Virus record (IMG/VR): IMGVR_UViG_3300017755_003154 | Coordinates: 1-64,000 of that record | Length of the DNA stretch: 64,000 nt | Origin: a virus | Direction: 5' to 3' (one strand) | Shown: one piece after another, positions 8,790 through 17,365 of the stretch | How positions within the stretch are numbered: the first letter of the stretch is position 1 | How the letters are laid out: each line of letters opens with the position of its first letter | The notes under the pieces: generated by a model | What the model was told of the DNA's origin: nothing | Databases searched by the model: none | Seen by the model: only the letters and a program-made list of their open reading frames with translations | Program-made: the position numbers and the translations under genes

Positions 8790-9753
8790 AATAAAATGCT
8801 CCTCGCCACAACAGTCTATCTTGCTGTTCGCCATCTACTTCAGGAAATGGCTGACGTTTGTGTAGTGCTTGTGTCTGATCAAACAACATCAAGTCTCCTG
8901 TTTTCCAATCGTGACTGTATTCATACTTTAGGTAATGATCAATTAAAAAATCATATAATTGTTTCCATTCATCTTTGGGTATATCATTAAAACCTGCTAC
9001 GTTAAGAAAAGGAAAATATAATCCTAATTGTCCTGTAACTGTGTGTTCATGTACTAGTTTTTTATAAACATATTTCCATCTGGCTCCTTCAACACTAAAC
9101 GCATCTTTCCTACGTAGCATTGATTGATAGATAGGTCCTTTACTGCGGTGTCTGCCTTGTATATTATGTAAGTCTTTTGCTTCTTCGGCAGTGACTTGAT
9201 CTTCTCCGATTGTATATGCACGATTATCATTTAGTATGCGGGGTTGTTCTGTACGTGGAATTAAATGTTCAAAGTTGCTTCTGTGAAAACTTCTTACATC
9301 ACTTGTAAGCATTAAAAATGTATTTTGAATTTGTTTCTTTATATCTACAGGCAAATCTTTATATGCTTCAACGCCATTTAAAAATATAGTATCGCATCTA
9401 TCTTTTGTAGGAACAACACAATACAATGTTACACAGTCCTCAGGATCAAGTGCAAGTGTGCCGTTACAATGCCATTCAAGTTCACCTCTTGGAAATATAC
9501 CACGCTTGCCTCCTAGTTCAGGCATAGCACGATTTGTTACGTATTGTATCTGGTGATGATCAGGATCTTCGTACCAAGCATGATGCTGAGTCTTGTCTCC
9601 CCATAGAGCAAGTATTCTAGCATATTCGTCTTTATTTAAATTTTGATTACGTAGTAGTACATTGGAATGGTAAGCAGTTAATTTTGCTATATTCCTAATT
9701 TGTTCATCTGTACACTTTTTTAAATCTATATCAAGGTGTTTGTGGATGTTCAT
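8773..9753 (-). CDS. TauD/TfdA-like dioxygenase (atypical WHCN motif)
   Basis: WHCNG, TLYCV, DTIF..AYKDLP, VHEHTVTG..LY, HDWKTGDLMLFDQ..LHKR..RLLWR. Confidence 0.8.
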   Translation of the reverse strand: MNIHKHLDIDLKKCTDEQIRNIAKLTAYHSNVLLRNQNLNKDEYARILALWGDKTQHHAWYEDPDHHQIQYVTNRAMPELGGKRGIFPRGELEWHCNGTLALDPEDCVTLYCVVPTKDRCDTIFLNGVEAYKDLPVDIKKQIQNTFLMLTSDVRSFHRSNFEHLIPRTEQPRILNDNRAYTIGEDQVTAEEAKDLHNIQGRHRSKGPIYQSMLRRKDAFSVEGARWKYVYKKLVHEHTVTGQLGLYFPFLNVAGFNDIPKDEWKQLYDFLIDHYLKYEYSHDWKTGDLMLFDQTQALHKRQPFPEVDGEQQDRLLWRGAFYYDGVQ

Positions 9754-10297
9754 GATGATCTTTATGGTTACCTTCTAATGGTGCTATTAGATTGATCCAT
9801 AAATTGTTAATTGGGCCTTTTAAATCATGTCCAAATAAATTTAATATTCCAAAACCAAGATAGGATAGAACTACTAGCATTAAGTTTATTATAACAGCAT
9901 TCCAACCAAAAGTCAAGAAAGAAATTACCCAATGAGCAATAAAAATATAAGTTCCGTACTTGTGAAAAAACATAACTCTTGGGTTACGTATTAGATCTTT
10001 AATAAATTTACGTGGTATACTATCGACGCTCCAAAGACTAAACAGTATTACATACCATGGATGATTTTTTGAACTATGAGGATCTTTAGTCGTATCAGCA
10101 TACGCATGATGCATACGGTGAACTCCTGCCCAAGTAAGGGCACTTCTTCCGCCACATAGTAATCCTATATATAATAGTATAATCTCTATCAATGAATTTG
10201 TAGTGTAAGATCTATGAGAAAAGTATCGATGATAGCCATAGGTAATGCCTACAAGTGCAAGCACCCAATATGCCATATATCCATAAACTACTATCAT
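9731..10297 (-). CDS. membrane fatty-acid-desaturase-like protein (delta-9-like)
   Basis: Three His boxes (HRYFSH, HRMHH followed by ..D..DPH, HKDHH) and hydrophobic segments. Confidence 0.85.
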   Translation of the reverse strand: MIVVYGYMAYWVLALVGITYGYHRYFSHRSYTTNSLIEIILLYIGLLCGGRSALTWAGVHRMHHAYADTTKDPHSSKNHPWYVILFSLWSVDSIPRKFIKDLIRNPRVMFFHKYGTYIFIAHWVISFLTFGWNAVIINLMLVVLSYLGFGILNLFGHDLKGPINNLWINLIAPLEGNHKDHHEHPQTP

Positions 10298-11313
10298 TTA
10301 ATAATATCTTCCCACTTTGTACCAAACAATTTATCTAATCGTTCAGTAGTTGATTTAAATCTTTCATTAAGATCTTTACTATAACTACTTATCGTATTTA
10401 AAAATACTGCATTATCTTTGTCTTTAATCTGGTCAACATAATCTTTATCAAGTGCTTCTAACCGAAATTCGTCTGGTCCTACAATTGGACATGGTGACCA
10501 ATTGAGGTTCTTTGATTCTGCAAATGCTTTTACGTTTTTCATATCGTGTATGTTATGTGCTTGCACAACTGTATGAATAAAAACTTTACAATTTTTGTGT
10601 TCTTTTCGTAATTCAAGCCATTTATCTATTACTTCTAATTTTTTATCCCAATTTGTACCTTGTCTTACATATTCGTCAACTTTACCAATACCGTCGATAC
10701 TAAGTGCAATTTGTAAGTGGCTAAATTTTTTAAGTTTATCAATATATTTTGTAGGGAAAAGTGTGCAGTTTGTATTAACTTGTAGTCCTATTTCTTTAAG
10801 ATTTGATAACATATCTACAAGAGTTTTAAATTCTTTTGTAACAAAAGGCTCGCCGCCTAAGTATTTTACAAATTTTACGTGTGTCCAATCAATAGTTTTA
10901 ATTACTGCATTAAAATCTTGTTTGGGTATTTCTATTTTATCTACTTCTGCCCATTTACTACTGTACCTAGAATTGCACATTCTGCAAGTAATATTACACT
11001 GGTTACTTACACTTAATTCAACAAACTCAATTTTATCGCTAGTAAACGACCTGTTCATATTTTGTCGCATTGAAGAACGATTAAGTATTGTTTCTTCTTT
11101 CTTACATTCTAAACAACCATCGTCCCAACCAGTTTCCATATTAGATATAATATTTTGAAACCAGTCTGATTTGCGGTATTCGTCAAACGTATAATCATAA
11201 ATGCTAAATTTTTTATGATTCTTTTTATCTGAATTTCCATAACGACAGCAGGGTAAATAATTGCCATCTACACTTATACACAAATGATTTTTTAAAGCAT
11301 TACACTGTGGCAT
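10294..11313 (-). CDS. radical SAM protein with N-terminal twitch/SPASM-like domain
   Basis: N-terminal C..PCC..CLEC; CNITCRMC; GGEP; SIDG. Confidence 0.9.
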   Translation of the reverse strand: MPQCNALKNHLCISVDGNYLPCCRYGNSDKKNHKKFSIYDYTFDEYRKSDWFQNIISNMETGWDDGCLECKKEETILNRSSMRQNMNRSFTSDKIEFVELSVSNQCNITCRMCNSRYSSKWAEVDKIEIPKQDFNAVIKTIDWTHVKFVKYLGGEPFVTKEFKTLVDMLSNLKEIGLQVNTNCTLFPTKYIDKLKKFSHLQIALSIDGIGKVDEYVRQGTNWDKKLEVIDKWLELRKEHKNCKVFIHTVVQAHNIHDMKNVKAFAESKNLNWSPCPIVGPDEFRLEALDKDYVDQIKDKDNAVFLNTISSYSKDLNERFKSTTERLDKLFGTKWEDIIK

Positions 11314-12010
11314 TATTTTTCCTTGTGAAAATACTTAAACCAATTTTACGTGTTATACCTACTGCATTAAAATCGCTTGAACAGTGTAAATCTAAACTAT
11401 CAAAAGATATAATACTTCCAATGCGCCAATCAAAATATTTGTTTACACTTAATCCTTCTAACCATTTTGGTTTTAAATGTGTTAAATGCTTTAATTCGAA
11501 ATCATCTAAGCCGCATATTGCTTTATCTTCAACATCATTATAATTTGTTAAGAATGTATTGTAGTGTACTGGCTTGCCTGTTGTATCTTCTCCGTTAACA
11601 AATTTAGCAGGACCGCCATAATAACTTTGATCAAATACAAAAAATTTTGCTTTATCGCATGTAGCACCTTCTACAAGTAGCGGAATCACAAATGCTTTGT
11701 AACATTGTGGATAATCAAAGTCGTCATCGTTGTGTATTATATGTGGTTTAGTTACATCAAAATAGTGTGCAGAGCGTACCTCAAAGTCTCCGTAGGTTTG
11801 TCTTAGTTTGTCTAAGATATTATCAATGACTCCTTCACCTTCTTTAACATAAAGAACTTTAGGACCTGTAGTTTTTTGTTCAACTTTTTTACTAGAATCA
11901 TTATAGTGTATTAACAGATCAATAATATTTCCATAGTTTAAAATATCCCAATGTTGTTTAGGATCACTCTTTGTACTTTTTATTGCTGTTATTTGCTCTT
12001 GTGTTCTCAT
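11300..12010 (-). CDS. putative Fe(II)/2OG-type oxygenase
   Basis: IIHNDD (HxD), FVIPL, LHCSS, KIGLSIF; similar layout to 5710..6600. Confidence 0.55.
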   Translation of the reverse strand: MRTQEQITAIKSTKSDPKQHWDILNYGNIIDLLIHYNDSSKKVEQKTTGPKVLYVKEGEGVIDNILDKLRQTYGDFEVRSAHYFDVTKPHIIHNDDDFDYPQCYKAFVIPLLVEGATCDKAKFFVFDQSYYGGPAKFVNGEDTTGKPVHYNTFLTNYNDVEDKAICGLDDFELKHLTHLKPKWLEGLSVNKYFDWRIGSIISFDSLDLHCSSDFNAVGITRKIGLSIFTRKNNATV

Positions 12011-12663
12011 ATATTAAATACATCCAAAAAACTTGGTTTGCCTTCTGTACTTTTCTGCTCCCTACTCGGTCTAACAAAATCTATGTTGAATGGTACTTTC
12101 TTGATTGTATCAGTTCTTGGATCTAAATATGTTTCATCATTTGTTCCGTATCCGATACCTATAAGAAATATAGTAGGCATACTAGCATTTATAAGTTCAG
12201 CAATTCGTTGAGGATCATTACCACAGTTTTGACTAATACCTGTATTATACCCTTTGTTTTGTAATCCTAACATAATATATGTTGTCAACATACCTGCTTC
12301 AAAAGCATCCATTCTATCAACCCAAGGAACAGGACGCCTATACACAGGATCATACCTAGTTTCTAAATCTACTACATTACGTTGTCCAATGCCAACAAGC
12401 CAAGGCGCTAGTACTTGAGGATTTCCTGGATCTGTTTCTGCATCATGAGACTTATTTCTATGACAAATAGTCATAATTTCTTTACGTTTTTCTAGATCAC
12501 TATTTTTATACAAAGTTACTTCGTAAGGGTACATAAGATTTTTTGTAGGCACATTTAAATATACTTCTTCAAATACTTCTACTATATCTTCTTTAGGTAT
12601 TTCTTTTGAATAGTCCCATGTAAAATGATTACGGCGTGATTCTATAAGTTCCTTATATTCCAT
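12007..12663 (-). CDS. nitroreductase-family (FMN) protein
   Basis: LIESRRN.., VPTKNLMYPY, EAGM...LGLQNKGYNTG, IGIGY. Confidence 0.7.
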   Translation of the reverse strand: MEYKELIESRRNHFTWDYSKEIPKEDIVEVFEEVYLNVPTKNLMYPYEVTLYKNSDLEKRKEIMTICHRNKSHDAETDPGNPQVLAPWLVGIGQRNVVDLETRYDPVYRRPVPWVDRMDAFEAGMLTTYIMLGLQNKGYNTGISQNCGNDPQRIAELINASMPTIFLIGIGYGTNDETYLDPRTDTIKKVPFNIDFVRPSREQKSTEGKPSFLDVFNI

Positions 12664-13775
12664 TATACTTTCCTTTTTGGTATTTTAGAATCAGCACTAC
12701 TTACACAACTCTTAGTAATACATGTTTTAGGTGTCTTAAACAGTTCGAAACCTGTTTCGATGTTGCCAAGAGGTGCATCATGACACGAATAACTCCTTTT
12801 TACGCTACCGTCTGGCTCGCGTATTATAAGTCCGCTGTAACCGGCGTTACACCGCCATCCCTCGAAATTATTGAAATTAAAGGCATTAAAACGTTCTGCT
12901 TGGTCCATATAGTACTTATTGCCCTTTGAATCTTTAAGTTCTACTTGCATATGCCAAGGTATACTTGTATCTAGTTTGCCTTCTACTCCTTGAGGTATTT
13001 GGAATGATGGCTTAGGCCTTTCTGCCCAAACCCTTTTACTTTCTGTGTAGGCCCTTTGTGGCATTCCGTTCCAGAGTCTTTTAAGATCTTCTTTCTTGTA
13101 TCCATCAACCACTCTTGAGGCTGTTGGATCGGACTGAGGTTTAAGAGTGACGTTGATACCGCGCTCATGGAAGAAGAGAGCGTTTTCCCAATCTCTTTCA
13201 AAATGTTCTGGAACCATAACTTGATTAATTGTAACTTGTACATCGTGCTCCTGACAGAAGATCAACTTGTCTGCAAAGTCTTGCATCTTCTCTTTATTGT
13301 TTACGTGTTCTACGTGCAGACTTGCTGTAATACTTGCTCTATGGAATGGCTTTGCATATTCAACATATGTTTCAAACCACTTCATTGGACGGCTACAATT
13401 AGACGTCATATGCACACTTGTATAATTTGTATTCTCTACATCATCACTAAGGTGTTTTAGAATGTCCAAGTATCCAGGATGGAAAGTAGGCTCTCCTCCC
13501 GACAAGGAGAAGTGGAAACTGTTAAAACCGTTGTCTCTGGCTTGACGTTTAATTTCATCCACTGTACGCAAGCATAACTCGGTAGGTCGGTGATCTTTAC
13601 GATCGGATCTGGCGTAAGGCCAGCAGTACGAGCATCTGTAGTTACAGAATCTCCCCAATAACCATGATACTGTAAATAAATCACGATACAGCAGAGTACG
13701 TTGACCAACACTAACAATGTCGTCAAACGGAATCTTAGTAAAGTCATAGTTGCTCCATTTTAGATCTTCACTCAT
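12663..13775 (-). CDS. radical SAM protein with C-terminal Cys-rich domain
   Basis: WLLGRFCNYRCSYC; SGGEPT; C-terminal CNAG..SC..GNI..C...C. Confidence 0.9.
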   Translation of the reverse strand: MSEDLKWSNYDFTKIPFDDIVSVGQRTLLYRDLFTVSWLLGRFCNYRCSYCWPYARSDRKDHRPTELCLRTVDEIKRQARDNGFNSFHFSLSGGEPTFHPGYLDILKHLSDDVENTNYTSVHMTSNCSRPMKWFETYVEYAKPFHRASITASLHVEHVNNKEKMQDFADKLIFCQEHDVQVTINQVMVPEHFERDWENALFFHERGINVTLKPQSDPTASRVVDGYKKEDLKRLWNGMPQRAYTESKRVWAERPKPSFQIPQGVEGKLDTSIPWHMQVELKDSKGNKYYMDQAERFNAFNFNNFEGWRCNAGYSGLIIREPDGSVKRSYSCHDAPLGNIETGFELFKTPKTCITKSCVSSADSKIPKRKV

Positions 13776-14889
13776 AGTCTATTGTAACATCCTTATTATC
13801 ATTTGTCAAGTTTATCATCTGCCATAGTTCAGGATTATATTCTTTCCAATGTTCACTACGCAATGCATTCATAATAGCATCTTGTTTTAAAAATAAATTA
13901 GTATCTCCGTGTTGTTCTAATTCATAAATTAAACTTACGCCAAATTTATATTTTTTACTCGCTATCTGTTCTGCTAATATTTTTTTAGCCTCTAGAGGTA
14001 AGTGTTTTGTTTGCATATAATCAACATCATCAAGCGGTACATATTCATGATATATTTCTTTTGATTTTGCGTATTCAACCATTTCGTCTAATTTATTAAT
14101 ATTGTATATACTTGCTACGCTATGAATGCTTAGAAACTTCTTATTAACAAATCCTTTAAACCAATCTACAGTTTTTTCAACTTGTTCCCATTTACTACCA
14201 CTACGTAAAAAGTCATTTAATTTTCCATATGCATCTATACTAAGTTTGACTTCTAACCGTTTAACTTGTTCTAGCATGCCTTTTAGTTCATCATCAGGTA
14301 TTACTGTACCATTAGTAATAAGTTGAATATGTAATTGCGAGAGATTGCATTGTTTTAAAATTTTCTTAATAACTTTTTGTTCCATAAGCGGTTCTCCGCC
14401 TAGCAATTTAATAAATTTTAATTTACTAAAATCAGTGTTTTCAATAAAAGGATTTTTAATAATTCCTTTAGGAATTTCTATACCTAACTTCTTTGCATCA
14501 CTATACCAAGATGTACTAAGACCTGGATTGCACATTCTACATTTATTATTACAAGTATTACTGATACTCAAATCTACATATGTAAGTTCCGGTGGGGTGC
14601 CTTCTACTAAACTAGTAGCACCAAATTCTTCATGCTTGTCTAATACAAGTTTTCTAAAACTTTGATTACCAAACTCTTCTTTTTGATAACATTCTTTACA
14701 ACCTTCAACATAAACATCTTTAGACATTTTATCTCTAAGATTTTTCATAAAAGGATGATTGAAAGGATCCTTGTAATCAATATTTAAATCTTCTGGTACA
14801 TCGTCCCATCTGAAAACACAACATGGTAATATTTTACCATCAGGTCTAACAGCCATATGGTTGAACGGTAACGGACATGCATATTTCAT
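13768..14889 (-). CDS. radical SAM protein with N-terminal twitch/SPASM-like domain
   Basis: CPLP..PCC..CKEC; CNNKCRMC; GGEP. Start set at 14889 (TAATG overlap). Confidence 0.9.
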   Translation of the reverse strand: MKYACPLPFNHMAVRPDGKILPCCVFRWDDVPEDLNIDYKDPFNHPFMKNLRDKMSKDVYVEGCKECYQKEEFGNQSFRKLVLDKHEEFGATSLVEGTPPELTYVDLSISNTCNNKCRMCNPGLSTSWYSDAKKLGIEIPKGIIKNPFIENTDFSKLKFIKLLGGEPLMEQKVIKKILKQCNLSQLHIQLITNGTVIPDDELKGMLEQVKRLEVKLSIDAYGKLNDFLRSGSKWEQVEKTVDWFKGFVNKKFLSIHSVASIYNINKLDEMVEYAKSKEIYHEYVPLDDVDYMQTKHLPLEAKKILAEQIASKKYKFGVSLIYELEQHGDTNLFLKQDAIMNALRSEHWKEYNPELWQMINLTNDNKDVTIDYE

Positions 14890-16190
14890 TATGAACCTCG
14901 TTCGTTTGCTAACCAACTAACAAGACGCTTATCTAAATAATCACGGTAGTTTTGGTTGCGTGTAAAGTCAAGCATTTCAATTTCTGCTAGTACTTTTTGG
15001 CGATTTTCTTCATTATTATCAATGCCCATTTGAATCAAACCTTTTGCTTGATCAGTTATTCTTGTTTGAAGTAATGCTTCTTCTAATAGATATTTTGGTA
15101 GATGTTTAAGAGCCGTTCCTTTATCCGTAGGATATACTTCCTGAAAGTTTAATTGTCCTGCAGGTACTTCTCTGTGTGGATGAGCAACTTGTCCGTATCG
15201 ATAGTGTAACGCATCATTAAACTCATGTAAATTGTTTATATCAAAAATATTAAGTGCAGTAAGAACTGTAGTCATTCTTGGAATGTAGATATTTTTCATA
15301 GAAAAATATGCATCTAAACTATCATTTAAATCTTTCCATTTTCCAGGATATCTAATGTATTCCCAAACCTTTCCAACTCCGTCAATAGAAAATGCGTGCC
15401 ATTGTAGTTTGAATTCTTTTAATGTATCAATCATCTTTGGATTGTTAAATTGGGTTGCATTTGTATGGAGATTTAGAATAGTTCGACCAGCGGTGCCATC
15501 ACTTACATATTTTTTAAGTAATTTAATAAACTTGGTATCATACAACGGTTCTCCGCCAGAACATTCAATAACTTTAATTTTATCTGTATTATTCATTAAC
15601 CATTGCCACTGTACAGAGTCTTCATGAATATATCTGTCTTTTATGTTTTCAAATTCCAGACCAATTGTTAAAGTTTCTTCAATCTGTTCAACTCCTATAT
15701 CAGCATCTTTAAGAGTTTTTACATCTTTAAACCATAAGTTTGAGTTGCCTGGATAACACATTCGGCAGGCTAAGTTGCACTCATTTGACGTTGTAATATC
15801 AATAGCAGTTAATGTAGTACTAAGTATACCTTGTTGTACTTCTTTTAATATGCCGGAATGATAAGGATCATTTTGGTTCTGGCGATATGATTTAACTCCG
15901 TTATCTTCAAGGCGCCAGCAAGTTTTACATGCAGGATCTCTAATTCCATTATCAAGATTATCTCGCAACAGTTGCATTCTAGGATGATCAAATATTTCTT
16001 GCGGTGTTAGATCGTTTACATTTGGAATATCAAGTCTACTTGAGCGGTTGCCCCATCCTTCATCATCCGGGTTACCCATCATACAACAAGGCCATGCTTC
16101 ATGCAATTTTCCATTTCGGTATGACTTAATTGCCAAGTTATGATGTGGCATTGAACAATAAGTAGGTGATGTTTTCCACGGCTGGTTCAA
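14889..16190 (-). CDS. radical SAM protein with N-terminal twitch/SPASM-like domain
   Basis: CSMP..PCC..CKTC; CNLACRMC; GGEP; SIDG..EYIR. TTG start in a TTGA overlap. Confidence 0.9.
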   Translation of the reverse strand: MNQPWKTSPTYCSMPHHNLAIKSYRNGKLHEAWPCCMMGNPDDEGWGNRSSRLDIPNVNDLTPQEIFDHPRMQLLRDNLDNGIRDPACKTCWRLEDNGVKSYRQNQNDPYHSGILKEVQQGILSTTLTAIDITTSNECNLACRMCYPGNSNLWFKDVKTLKDADIGVEQIEETLTIGLEFENIKDRYIHEDSVQWQWLMNNTDKIKVIECSGGEPLYDTKFIKLLKKYVSDGTAGRTILNLHTNATQFNNPKMIDTLKEFKLQWHAFSIDGVGKVWEYIRYPGKWKDLNDSLDAYFSMKNIYIPRMTTVLTALNIFDINNLHEFNDALHYRYGQVAHPHREVPAGQLNFQEVYPTDKGTALKHLPKYLLEEALLQTRITDQAKGLIQMGIDNNEENRQKVLAEIEMLDFTRNQNYRDYLDKRLVSWLANERGS

Positions 16191-17365
16191 GCAAGAACCT
16201 CCGGGCGAACTAAATGATTCTTCATAACTTCTTTGTAATTTTCTGGGAATTTACTTTTAGGCGCACATAATCCGCAACCACACACATGCTTAGGGCAAGT
16301 AATAGTTGGCATTGAATCTGTTTCTAATTTTCTAACTAAATCTGCAACAATTTGTTTACCTTCGCTTATTTTACCTATTGGTCCTCTAGTACCGTCAAAA
16401 CGTGCCTGACATGTTTGATGATGGAACACTTGATCTGTTTGCTGTTCTAAATGTAAAAAGAAAAAGTTTACACTACACTGCCAGCCTTTGAATTCACGTA
16501 AGTCAACAAACGTAGCATTACGACTTGCACCTTTGTTTGATAAACACATTTCTCTACTACCGCAACATGGTCGTCCTTCAACAAGTCCTAATTTTTTCTT
16601 TTCATTAGTTTTTTTGCCTGCGGCACTAAGAACCTTAGTAACTTCTTCTTCTTTTTTCTTTTTAGTGTTTAGTTTAGCATTTTTATTTTTCCAAAAATCT
16701 CGCATGTACTGTAATTGTTCATCATTGTATTTGTGTGCAAAACTAGGTTTGCTGTCTGGCTCTTCACCAATAACTCTTGGCACATATTTTATTTCATAAC
16801 TGTCTAACCATTCACATAAATCTTTACATTCATCAAAGTGTTCTGCATGAAACATAACATTTATACTCATTGTTGTTTTGGTTGCAGGACCATCTCTATG
16901 GAATTGTAATATTCTATCACGTACTTGTTGTTTTAATTTTTGTTTACTTTCAGCGTGATAACTTACTGTGATGTGAGCAAAGTTTTCCATAACTTTCTCT
17001 GCCATCTTCTGACCCATTGCTCCGTTACTTGTAAGTGCAAAGTTTGCACTCCATCTATTTTTATACTTTGACTCATATTCGTTTTTCAAATATTGCATAA
17101 AAGGAATAAAGTTAGGATTGACAGTAGGTTCACCGCCAGTAAATCCAATACTAGTACGCTTGAACGAACGATGTTGCATATAAGTATCAATATATTCGTA
17201 TAAGAAATCAGTATTTGCTTTTAATTCATCTAATGTAGCATGTGGACTAAAATTGTCGTGACGTGTTACAGGACAATAAGTGCAATCATAATTGCATCGC
17301 CTACCTAAATCCCAAGTAACTTGGAATACATTACCAGTTTTTAAATCTAATGTATCAAAACTCAT
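16187..17365 (-). CDS. radical SAM protein with C-terminal Cys-rich domain
   Basis: WDLGRRCNYDCTYC; TGGEPT; PCC..C..C..C..CPKHVCGCGLC. Confidence 0.9.
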   Translation of the reverse strand: MSFDTLDLKTGNVFQVTWDLGRRCNYDCTYCPVTRHDNFSPHATLDELKANTDFLYEYIDTYMQHRSFKRTSIGFTGGEPTVNPNFIPFMQYLKNEYESKYKNRWSANFALTSNGAMGQKMAEKVMENFAHITVSYHAESKQKLKQQVRDRILQFHRDGPATKTTMSINVMFHAEHFDECKDLCEWLDSYEIKYVPRVIGEEPDSKPSFAHKYNDEQLQYMRDFWKNKNAKLNTKKKKEEEVTKVLSAAGKKTNEKKKLGLVEGRPCCGSREMCLSNKGASRNATFVDLREFKGWQCSVNFFFLHLEQQTDQVFHHQTCQARFDGTRGPIGKISEGKQIVADLVRKLETDSMPTITCPKHVCGCGLCAPKSKFPENYKEVMKNHLVRPEVLA

